Of a stretch of DNA of 64,000 nt, positions 14,061 through 25,400 are shown piece after piece. The notes below the pieces were generated by a model. It was not told the DNA's origin. It saw nothing but the letters and a program-made list of their open reading frames with translations, and searched no databases. The translations under genes were made by a program, and so were the position numbers. The stretch lies in NCBI RefSeq assembly GCF_963921235.1, contig NC_086097.1, positions 221,962,001 through 222,026,000 of the forward strand, written 5' to 3'. Numbering within the stretch: position 1 is the stretch's first letter; each line of letters begins with the position of its first letter. Origin of the DNA: Mobula hypostoma (taxonomy: Eukaryota).

Positions 14061-16237
14061 GTTATTTAGTTTGGAGTGCCTTATGGATGAACATACTTCA
14101 ACAAGATTTAAAAGTACCATTTGTTCTTCAGCAGAGGGCACAATTCCCCAAGCTCAGTGTCTGAGCTGCTGAAACAGAATGAATTGCTTAAAAATATAGG
14201 AAAATATGATTAAATTCCATTGGAAAATATAGCTTTGCTACAAGTCATCAGTTTTATATACTTGGAGGTATGAGCAGAAATTTTTAATATATTGGTTAAG
14301 TCAAGTTTATTGTCATTTATTGTACATGTATACCGCCAAACAAGACAACGTTTCTCCAGACCAGTGTGTAAAGCACAGTAGTACACATAACACGTATATA
14401 ACATAAAATAACTTAGGAAAGTAGGAATTAAATCTACATATCTACAAATCACATAAAATCCTTTCAAAATGTAACCTATCTATATTTTTAAGGTGCGTTT
14501 TCAACAAGTCTTTGGAAGCCACATGTATGTATATACCCAAAATCACTGTGGAAGGTATTGTAGCTTAGTGTAAATATCACTGTGGGTGTGTTTACACAAC
14601 TGAAATACATTTTCAGATTCACATCATTCATCAAACCTTTGAAAGTAGAGAGTCCTTTAATCGTTAGGATTTATGACAGCCCAGGATTAGCTAAGAAAAG
14701 TTAATGCCCTTTTGGAAACACGTATTTCTGTGATTTGACAGAAATGTAAGTTATGATGAAAATTTAGAAAGCTCTGCAGAGCCTGAGGTCAGATAAAGGT
14801 AAAGTTATTAGGAGGGAAACAATTCCTGGACTAAAGAATTCACTCATAGTACAGAATTAACTACCAGGATTACCATAATAAAAGCTGTGAGTTCAACAAA
14901 CTTTTGTGGATCTAGGATGTAATGGGAACCATCCAAACTAACCAAGTGTCTTTGGTAGTTCTTGAAGATTTAATCCTTGTCAATGAGGCTATAAGTTCAG
15001 ATGACTTAAACAAAACAGATTGTGTGTTAGTAGCGTAGCATCTGGTAATGTCTCTTAAAGACAGCTGTGTTAATAAAACATTTTGAAATGCAAGATAAGC
15101 AGTATTTTATTATATTTTTTGTTAATAACATGGAATAAAACACAATAAAATGGGAAGTTTTCTCCACAGCCTTTAATTTTGTAGCTTCTACAGAAGAGTC
15201 TTTGGAAAAGTCCTAATATCTCCCAGTATTAATGCACTAGACTAGTGTTTTGGTTAAAACTTAGCAAAATTTGTTTGTATAAAAAATAAGTTTAAAAGTG
15301 GCCTATGATTTCTCCCCAGTGTTGGTGCTTTTATGGAAGCCATTCTGAATGTTAGGTTTGCCTCAGCCAGCTGTTAAATATTTTCTCAGCTGCTTTGTAG
15401 ATAGGGCTCATTCATATGATGATATTAGGTCAGGGCTTTGTTATTTTGAATTAGTACAGCTTCTGTAAGTGCCTTCACACCAGTGAATCATCCATAGGAC
15501 AATCAGGAACACTGAAAAATGGTACAAAAGAATGAAAAACTACTGAAACTAAAACTACCTTAAATATTATTAAAGTTTAATAAAACTTAAATGTTCAAAA
15601 TAATTGTGAACAATAAAAAGCAACAAAGAAAACTGAATGAGTTCAAATGCTTCTTGCTGTGTATGTTGGCAGCAAGCTCAAGCAGCTTACCAGTTCAGGC
15701 AACAAGTTCTGACTCAACAAAATAGCACATAGATTGTATATGGACATTGTTAGCAAGTTGCTTAGTGATTTCCTGAAACAGAAAAAAAACAATAAAATAA
15801 CACACTACAATACTGGAGAAGCTCAGCACATCAGGCTGACTCTGTGGATGGGAATAAAGAGTGATAGTTTATTCCCCTCCATAGATGCTGCCTGACTTGA
15901 TGAGTTTCTTCAGCATTTTATGCATGTTGCTCAGGATTTCCAGCATCTATAGAGTCTCCTCTGTCTATAGTCAACAGAATCAAGTAACTTACTGGAGAAG
16001 GGTCGCTGGAACAAGTTGTATGGTCCCAAAGACTTAGAGACAGGAGTGGAAACAGGTTCGGGTGTGAGGGTAGATAGTCAAAAATTTTCAGTTGTTCCTG
16101 AACCATATTCCGGTCTTGGGCCTGATCCTGGCCTTGTCTTAGGGGAAAACAGTCTCAAAGAGGAGACCTAAGCAGGCATTAGACATCTTATTTGTCCGTA
16201 CAAAGTAAGGTTGACCTATTTCAGAATATGGACATTG

Positions 16238-16731
16238 TACAGTTCTTTGCAAAAGTCTTAGCCACATAAACAATATATAGCTAGGGTGCCTAAGACTTTT
16301 GCCTAGACTGTAGTAATTTTATGTATTGCACTGTACTGCTGCTGCAGCAGATGAACAAATTGCATGGCATATGTGAGCGATGATAAACCTGGTTCTGATA
16401 TGGGTCTCTATTGTGGACTGACAGTGCGAAAGGGTCAGGGAGAGGGGAGTTATGCGTGGGAAAAGGGGAAGGGAGAGGAAAGGGAAGTACCAGAGAGGCA
16501 TTCTGTAATCCTCAATAAACCACTTGTTTGAAATCAAACTACTTTGCCTGCTGTCTCAGGGCTGGGTGTGTCTACACCCGTACCAACACCCTTCCCCTGG
16601 CACTCCTTCTCTGCTACCTATCACACACCCCTCCCACCGAGCTCCACCCTCACCATTCCCAAAATCCTTTGCTCCCACCAAATTTACCAACTCACTCTCC
16701 ACTTCACATTGACCAATGCAGTATTGTGCAC
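16238..16731. mobile_element. Composite Tc1/mariner-type non-autonomous element (right end truncated); sister of 56733-57291
   Basis: TA-CAGT..TGCAAAAGTCTTAG TIR mini-unit at 16238-16312, followed by the same internal sequence as 56809-57215. Confidence 0.6.
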
Positions 16732-17169
16732 TAATATTTTAGCCATCAGTATGATAGGCAATGCATTGCAGCTTATGATCTTCATGTATAGGCTACACAT
16801 CTTACTAAAGAGTACAGGCCTAAAAGCAGTGCATAGATGTGTACGTGAAGTGAGGGAGGTTGTTCATCTGTTTTATTCACTGCTGTCAGAATTTATTTGA
16901 TACATTCTATTCTGTTCTGAATATTTTTATATTGAGTGCGCGCAAGGTTCATAGATTAGCTGTTGTTAGAAATGTGGGAAGACAAAATAGACTGCAGATG
17001 CTACAATCTGGAACACAGAACAGAACACTATAAGAATCAGTGGATTAAATAGCATTTGTGGAGACACATGGTGTGAATCAAAGTTTTAAATCTTGACCCA
17101 CTAAGTTCTTTGAGCATTCATTTTTTTTCTTGGGATAGCTGGTAATGGGTTTGTGACTGTGGAGTGTGA

Positions 17170-18050
17170 CGTAGCTCCTCTACTGTCATGAGGAGACCAT
17201 ACTCAGGTTGGAAGTGCAACTCCTCATATTCTGTCTGGGTTCTCTCCAACGTGATGGCATGGACATCAATTTCTCTAACTTTCAGTAATTTATACTCACT
17301 TCCCTTTCTCTTTTTTTTAGGTGTACAAGATGATGATTGTGTGGATAGTCAGAGGCTTTTTCCCAGGGCTGAAATGGCTAGCACGAGAAGGCATAGTTTT
17401 AAGGTGCTTGGAAGCAGGTACAGAGGAGATGTCAGGGGTAAGTTTTTTGCGCAGAGAGTGGTGATTGTGTGGAATGAGCTGCCGGTGGCGGCGGTGGAGG
17501 CGGAAATGATAGGGCCTTTTAAGAGACTCCTGGATGGATAGATGGAGCTTAGAAAAATTGAGGGCTATGGGTAAGCCTAGGCAGTTCTAAGGTAGGGACA
17601 TGCTCGGCACAGCTTTGTGGGCCAAAGGGCCTGTATTTTGCTGCAGGTTTTCTAGTTTCTATGTTTCCATTCCCCTCTCTGGTTCCTCTCTCACATTTTC
17701 TCTTCTCCTTAAATGCCCATCATCTCCCTCTGATTCCCCTCCTCCTCCTCTTTCTTCCATGGTCCACGGTTCTCTCCTATTAGATTCTTTCTCCTTCAGC
17801 CCCCTACCTCTTTCACCTATCTAGCGCCCCCCCCCCCACCAGCTTCTTACTTCATCACCCACCCAACCATCCACGTTCCCTGCAGCTTGCCTCACATATC
17901 ACCTGCAGGCCAGTACTTCTTACCCTCTCCCCAGCTTCTCATCTGACTTCTTCCCACTTCTTTCCCAGTCCTGATGAAAGGTCTCGGGCCAAAACGTTGA
18001 ATCTTTTTACCCATAGATGCTGCCTGACTTGCTGAGTTCCTTCAAGCATT
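17170..18050 (+). mobile_element. Penelope-like 3' fragment, interrupted by a CR1 tail fragment (about 17318-17665)
   Basis: Similar to 13640-14060; hammerhead motif at 17966-18003; CR1 peptide [27 protein letters not shown] inside. Confidence 0.7.
17966..18003 (+). ncRNA. Minimal type-I hammerhead ribozyme motif (degenerate copy)
   Basis: CAGTC-CTGATGA-AAGGTCTCGGGCC-AAAAC-GTT-GAATC; deviates from the consensus at G12 and in the stems. Confidence 0.55.
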
Positions 18051-20026
18051 TCAGTGACAACTTGGTGATAAAGCTAAGACACTCTATGTACAGTTTCTCA
18101 GTAAATCTGAAGCAAAGTTGGCAGTGGGGCCCTTCAGGCTCCTCAATGTATAAGATTTTCTCTGTCAGTATCATTTAAATGCATATTTCAAAATATATTT
18201 GCTCAATCTCATTATGTCTTGTCAGTAGAATAAATAAATATTTAAAAAATAGAACATTATAACATTCTATAAGACTTAACTATCATAATGGTCTTATGAT
18301 CTTAAGCTCCACTGAACGTTTGAAAACAAAGCTCTTTTCAATAAATGCAAGAAAAATATGTTCTAGTTTGGAATCACTGAAATGTCAGCATTCTGAGCCA
18401 TATATTGTCTCTTATAAACTGGGGCACATGCCAAATAAATTGCCTTTATTCTTAATTTTCCTCTGTGCTGTGTGTGGGTTCTGCAGTTCTGTAAGAATTA
18501 ATGCGACATTTATACGAGTAAGTTGCCTTTGGAGAAAATTGGCTCTGTGTGAGGTCAGGATAGAGGTGAACATCGCTGACAAGATTATAAACTCCCTTGG
18601 ACAGTCTGCCAGTAAAAACATCCAGGATCAACACAGACCTTGGGTGGATCTGCAACTCATCAATAGCAACTTCCAAGCTTTTGAAATTATTTAGGATCTT
18701 TATATACAATGTATATTTTGCACACTCAGAAACCAGAGTACAAAAACTATGAAATACTACATAAAATATAAACCAGCACAACTCAGAACTGGTTATATAA
18801 AACCAGGTCACACACAGAGTAAGTTTAACCATGTAACTCTGTTTCCTTAGTTTCAGATTATTTACTAGTGATCTGATCCACATCGAGAAAGTAGAGTGAA
18901 AGTTAAAAAATAAAACTGAACACAAACTAAGATGAAAGCAAATTAATTAAAATACCAAAAGTTCATTGTGGGTGGAGATTCACTAGATTATTCTCTAGAT
19001 GCCAAGCCATTTTTGTAGTGACAACACCATGACATAAAGGCTCAACTAAAAAGATGTTTGGATACCCCTGGATAAAACAGAGACTCAGACAATAGTTCCT
19101 AGTTCAAACCTGGCCCACAACACTATTTTGAGTTATCTTGTTAACATGCCTACAGTATCTTAGTTCATGGAATGTAAGGCACTGTTCTTGATGGATAGGC
19201 TATGCTTTTTCAATCTCCCAGTGCTGCAGAGTGATAGGGTTCAAGTGAGGATTGCATGAGGTGGTGAGGGGAGGGGAGAGTGGAAAAGAGAATTGTGTGG
19301 AGAAAAGCATTGAAAGGAGATCAAGTCAATAATAGAGACTGGCTGAAGACCAAGGTGGGGTACCAATAGCAAAGAAGCAAATTTAGAGTAAACAGCTACT
19401 TGGAGGAAGGTGATTGCCTCTGAAAATTAACACCAAAGCACCCCTTAATCTTCTGGGTAGCAACTACCTTGATGTCTGAACCTCAAAATCTGTGCCTGAA
19501 AGATAGAGGGGAATTTTATGAAATTAGTGTCAAAAAACATTGCTTGTCATTTTCCCCGTATCTATCCCAGGCAATGTGTAATACACATAGAAATGACAGC
19601 ACTAATTTAGGCCTTTATCTTCTGCTCCAACTTGAAAATGGCCAAAGTCTAAAGAAAGCTAAGTTCCTAGGGAATATTAAGAAGCAGAGGTAATCTGGTG
19701 TGAAAATCAAAAGATCTTTGAAGACAGCAGTGAACATTGATAATATTATTGAGAAAATGCATAGGATGCTGGACTTCATTAGTTGTGCCACTGAATACAA
19801 CAGCAGGGAGATTACAGTCCAATTATTTAGAACATCAGTCAGACATCAGCTGTAGTACTGTGTGTAGTTCTGGCCAACACAGTGTAAGAAAAATGTGTTA
19901 GCAATGGAGAGAGTGCAGAGGAGATTCACCACAATGTAGCCTGGGATGGAGTATTTTGCAAGGAAAAACTGGAGAGATTAGGTCTGTTTTCCCTTGAGTC
20001 GAGTGGTTAAGAAGACATTATTATAT

Positions 20027-20365
20027 ACATTATTGTGCAAAAGTCTTGGACAGCCTAGATTTTTCATATAGTTTCAGATGGTATGGGCTTCATTAATCCC
20101 TGATCTCAACATCATCAAGGCTGTCTAGGATTATCTGGGGAAAGAGAAGCATGTAAGACAGCAAAGTCTGCAGAAGAACTATGACAAGTTCTCCAAAATG
20201 CTTGGAACAACCTACCAGCCAATTTTCTTATAAAAAACCAAAGCTTTTACTTCTCTTTATAGTAAACATTTTGATATTTGGAAACTTTCCAATTCATTAT
20301 TTTTGAAAGCATCTTCTCTTTACAGAATTGTTTAACACATGCCTAAGACTTTTGCACAATTCTGT
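20027..20365 (+). mobile_element. Tc1-family deletion derivative with TIRs and transposase C-terminal remnant
   Basis: TIRs tacattattgtgcaaaagtcttgg / cctaagacttttgcacaattctgta; remnant PDLNIIKAV*DYLG...KSAEEL*QVLQNAWNNLP resembles the Tc1 SPDLNPIE motif. Confidence 0.7.
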
Positions 20366-20374
20366 AAAATTATG

Positions 20375-20585
20375 TTACACACACAGAATGCTGGAGGAAC
20401 TCAGAAGGCCAGGCAGCATCTATGGAAGAAGAGCACAGTCGACCTTTTGGACCTGCTGAAGGGCCTCGGCCCGAAATGTTGACTGTACTCTTTTCCATAG
20501 ATGCTGCCTGGCCTGCTGTGTTCCTCCAGCATTTTGTGGGTGTTGCTTACATTTCCAGCATCTGCAGATTTTCTCTTATTTGTGA
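20375..20585 (+). mobile_element. Penelope-derived fold-back insertion with hammerhead motif (20453-20485)
   Basis: Inverted arms around CTGCTGAAGGGCCTCGGCCCGAAATGTTGACTG; TSD tctgtaaaatt(a/g)tg at 20361-20374 and 20586-20599. Confidence 0.7.
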
Positions 20586-22200
20586 TCTGTAAAATTGTGA
20601 GCAGTTTTAAATAAGGTTGGCTGTAGGAATCTTTTCCCCTTATCAGAGGTGAATAGAACCAGAAGACATAGATTAAAGGCAGTTGTAAGAGATCTCTTAC
20701 TCGGTGAGTGTTGAAAACCTGGAATGAGCTGCCAGCGAAAATGGTGAAAGTAGTGTCCTCAACAACATTTAAAAGGTGTCTAAATGAGCACATAGATCAC
20801 TCTACGCATAGAAGGCTATGTACCAAGTCTTGGAAGAGGAGATTAATGCAGACAGGTGCCCACTGGTCTGTATGAACAAGTTAGGCTGTAAGGCACGTTT
20901 CCATGATGCTTGACTCAGTGACTCTAATAGCATGCGTACTCATGATCTACAGATTGAAATGTCAAAATCTGGGTTTATCAAGGAATTTTAAGATGTAAAT
21001 TTTAAAACTTTATTAATTATGACTTCGGAAGTTCAAGGCGCATATCAGAAAAAAATCATTTCTGTTGGTGAGCAAACCCAGATCAAAAAGTGACAATCTT
21101 AAAATCAGGAATAACATTTTCACATGTTTAGTGAGAACATGGAACTCTGGAGGCTGGATTAACTCAAATCAACAAGATGGAAATCAAGATATTTTTGAAT
21201 TGTTAAGGTATCAAGGGACACAGAACAAAAGCAGACAAATGGAGCTTAGGTAAAAATCAGCTCGGATCTGATTGGCTAAATTTCAGAGCTTGTTCCCATG
21301 TTGAACCAAAAAAGCCACAGGAAACACATTCGAGATAAATATTTGGATATTTATTGAACAAACTTAAGTTAGTGAACATACGTCCACACTTAGATATAAT
21401 TTTATTTTGATACCTCTCTTCATTTAACTCATCAAGATGTACAGTCAAATCATCTGAATTGCCTGATACTTCAAATGTTTCCTAGAATTAATTTTGCCTA
21501 ATTAGTTAACAAACTGCTATAATCACAGTTACATTGTTCTTTTCCTTAATGGTTCTGATAATCAAGGAATGGATTCAGTTGATGCTGTTTTTCCAAGATT
21601 ATAAACCTCTTGTTGTGAATCCACTATCAATTACCTTGACAGAAAGTCACCCCATTCCTCTATAATACTTCTATTTAAATATCTTCTAGACATAAGTTGC
21701 CACAATATCAAAAAAAACCAAATTCGATTGTATACAAGGTGCATATAATACATACAGTATTTCTAACGTAATAATGTTTAGCATATTGTTAAATCCTGAT
21801 TGAATGCCTTGACCCAAGTTATTGACTATCCCTTTACTCCCACAGCTGCTGCTTAACCAATTGGGTTTCTAGAGATTTCTCTCTCTCCAGATCCCAGTAT
21901 CTGCAATCTCTGTGTCTCTGTCACATCACACCATTCGATTCACTTTTAATATTAATTTTGGATAACCTTATTTACTTTGATAGATATAATCCCTGTAAGC
22001 AATACCACAAGGCTCCATGCAGATTCATAAAGTATTGTTAATACTTTGCAACAACCAAAACAAATGCAATAAGAATGCATACATTTAATGAACACTAAAT
22101 GTATCAGAGCTTTCGACGTCAGTGTGGTTTAAAGCTTCCTGCTTTAATTTTTATCCAACAAAAGATGTACAGTTAAAAGTAATATTGCAGCACCAACATA

Positions 22201-22456
22201 TTAAGTGCCTTTATACTTAGGTTTGTTACCAAGGGTAAATGAACAAGGGGATGATTGTTTCTGAGTGCATTGCACTGATTTCAATGCAAGATCCCACTTG
22301 CTTCCAGCCTTCTTAAAACGCTGTCTTTTAGCTTTGATGTAGCATGAATATTCATCTTGGTCCCTGTCTTCTACCTCGGAAGAAATTCCCATCTTCTGAA
22401 CTATGAGCACAAGCAGTTCATATTGTTTCTGAACTGAGGCTTCAATGTCCTTCAAC
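22201..22456 (-). CDS. TRPA1: TRPA1 last coding exon: (R)[35 protein letters not shown]...KYKGT*
   Basis: Acceptor cctgcag|G; coiled coil and acidic cluster similar to human LKDLTFLLEKQHELIKLIIQKMEIISETEDDD; TAA at 22201-22203. Confidence 0.92.
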
Positions 22457-25400
22457 CTGCAGGTTTAACAAATTGAAAGGAATAAGTGCAGCATAATAAT
22501 ACAAAGGGACAACATCTGAATTATTTTAAAACAATTACACACCTGTATTTCTGCTTCTCCATCTGTAATTCAAGCTTTTTGAGATCAGTTGCCTGATTGT
22601 TCATTTCAGAGCGTGTTTCGTTGCTTTGTGATTCTGAAAACCTCTGTAGGAAAGACTGAAAGATAAACATGAATTTTACCAATTGATATTTTTTTAGCCC
22701 AGCCAAAGGTATATTACGATTTTGTGATCTATTTTTGGATAATTGTTTCATGTCCTTTGAACAATTATCTATTAAATATAATTTGCCTAGATCCCATTTC
22801 TTTAGATATTTACAGATTAGAAACTTTTTAAATACTGCTCTTCCTACCTTTCCGAATTTATATCCAACGAATATTTTGGAAAAAATTTTAAATTTAAATA
22901 CTTTTCAGAAAGGTGTAATAGCATCCATTTATAATATAATTATGAAAATATGTCCAGATTTATCTAATAAAATTAAGAATGATTGGGAAAGGGAACTTGG
23001 AGGGAGGAGAAGATAGTGGCGTGACGCAGCGCGCGCGGCCATTCTGAATGATATCAATATGTGTAACTAGGGGTGTCGTGCACAATCCGGATTTGATGGA
23101 GACAGCCGTGAGAAGCGCAGAGGAATATCAGGAGTAACTTCTGAAATGCCCACTTCGCTGCCATTGCTACTGTGCGATCGAGAATCTCCGGAGACAAAGG
23201 CCCCAAATCCTTGGCTTTGCGTATTGTCTGTTGTTGGGGCCAGGGTCGGAACGCTTGGCAGAGATGGTGCGCGGTGCTCGGTGTCGGGAGATGGTCAGAG
23301 GCTCGGAGTTTTTCGGACCGACTCGGAGTCGGACTGTAGTCAGATGCTTCCAGGATGCTGCACCGGCAAGTTGGCGGCGCTGGATGTTTACCGTCTGCGT
23401 GAGATAGAAACCATAGAACCATAGAAACTAGCAGCACAGAAACAAGCCTTTTGGCCCTTCTTGGCTGTGCCGATCCATTTTCTGCCTAGTCCCACTGACC
23501 TGCACGCGGACCATATCCCTCCATACACCTCCCATCCATGTATCTGTCCAATTTATTCTTAAATGTTAAAAAAGAATCCACATTTACCACCTCGTCTGGC
23601 AGCTCATTCCATACTCCCACCACTCTCTGTGTGAAGAAGCCCCCCCTAATGTTCCCTTTAAACTTTTCCCCCCTCACCCTTAACCCATGTCCTCTGGTTT
23701 TTTTCTCCCCTTGCCTCAGTGGAAAAAGCCTGCTTGCATTCACTCTGTCTATACCCATCATAATTTTATATACCTCTATCAAATCTCCCCTCATTCTTCT
23801 ACGCTTCAGGAAATAAAGTCCTAACCTATTCAACCTTTCTCTGTAACTGAGTTTCTCAAGTCCCGGCAACATCCTTGTAAACCTTCCCTGCATTCTTTCA
23901 ACCTTATTTATATCCTTCCTGTAATTTGGTGACCAAAACGGAGCACAATACTCCAGATTCGGCCTCACCAGTGCCTTATACAACCTCATCATAACATTCC
24001 AGCTCTTATACTCAATACTTTGATTAATAAAGGCCAATGTACCAAAAGCTCTCTTTACGACCTATCTACCTGTGATGCCACTTTTAGGGAATTTTGTATC
24101 TGAATTCCCAGATCCCTCTGTTCTACTGCATTCCTCAGTGCCTTACCATTAACCCTGTTTGTTCTACCTTGGTTTGTCCTTCCAACGTGCAATACCTCAC
24201 ACTTGTCTGTATTAAACTTCATATGCCATTTTTCAGCCCATTTTTCCAGCTGGTCCAAGTCCCTCTGCAGGTTCTGAAAACCTTCCTCACTGTCTACTAC
24301 TCCTCCAATCTTTGTATCATCAGCAAATTTGCTGATCCAGTTTACCACATTATCATCCAGATCATTGATAGAGATGACAAATAACAATGGACCCAGCACT
24401 GATCCCTGTGGCACACCACTAGTCACAGGCCTCCACTTGGAGAAACAATTCTCTACTACCACTCTTTGGCTTCTTCCATTGAGCCAAAGTCTAATCCAAT
24501 TTACCACCTCTCCATATATATCTAGCGACTGAATTTTCCTAACTAACCTCCCTATCGGGACCTTGTCAAAGGCCTTACTGAAGTCCATGTAGACAATATC
24601 CACTGCCTTCCCTTCATCCACTTTCCTGGTAACCTCCTCGAAAAACTCCAATAGATTGGTCAAACATGACCTACCACGCACAAAGCCATGTTGACTCTCC
24701 CTAATAAGTCCCTGTCTATACAAATGCTTGTAGAGTCTGTCTCTTAGTACTCCCTCCAATAACTTACCTTCTACCGACGTTAAACTTACTGGCCTATAAT
24801 TTCCCGGATTACCTTTCGATCCTTTTTTAAACAACGGAACAACATGAGCCACTCTCTAATCCTCCGGCACCTCACCTGTAGACAGCGACATTTTAAATAT
24901 TTCTGCCAGGCCCCCTGCAATTTCAACACTAGTCTCCTTCAAGGTCTGAGGGAACACCCTGTCAGGTCCCGGGGATTTAACCACTTTAATTTTCCTCAAG
25001 ACAGCAAGGACCTCCTCCTTTTCGATCTGTACAGTTTGCATGATCTCACTACTTGTTTCCCTTAATTCCATAGGCTTCATGCCTGTTTCCTTAGTAAATA
25101 CAGACGCAAAAAACCTATTTAAGATCTCCCCCATTTCCTTTTGTTCCGCACATAGCCGACCACTCTGATCTTCAAGAGGACCAATTTTATCCCTTACAAT
25201 CCTTTTGCTCTTAATATACCTGTAAAAGCTCTTGGATTATCCTTCACTTTGACTGCCAAGGCAACCTCATGTCTTCTTTTAGCCCTCCTGATTTCTTTCT
25301 TAAGTATTTTCTTGCACTTCTTATACTCCTCAAGCACCTTATTTACTCCCTGCTTCCTATACATGTCATACAACTCCTTCTTCTTCTTTATCAGAGTTGC

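Larger units (their letters stand above)
19640..20930 (+). mobile_element. Old CR1 3' fragment interrupted by a Tc1 derivative and a Penelope hairpin insertion
   Basis: Degenerate gagagagtgcagaggagattcacc and tggaatgagctgccag CR1 motifs on both sides of the inserts. Confidence 0.6.

Noticed and set aside
21009..22200. TRPA1 polyadenylation site
   Set aside because: Several candidate signals on the minus strand (ATTAAA near 22143, AATAAA at 21350 and 21009); cannot choose without transcript data.
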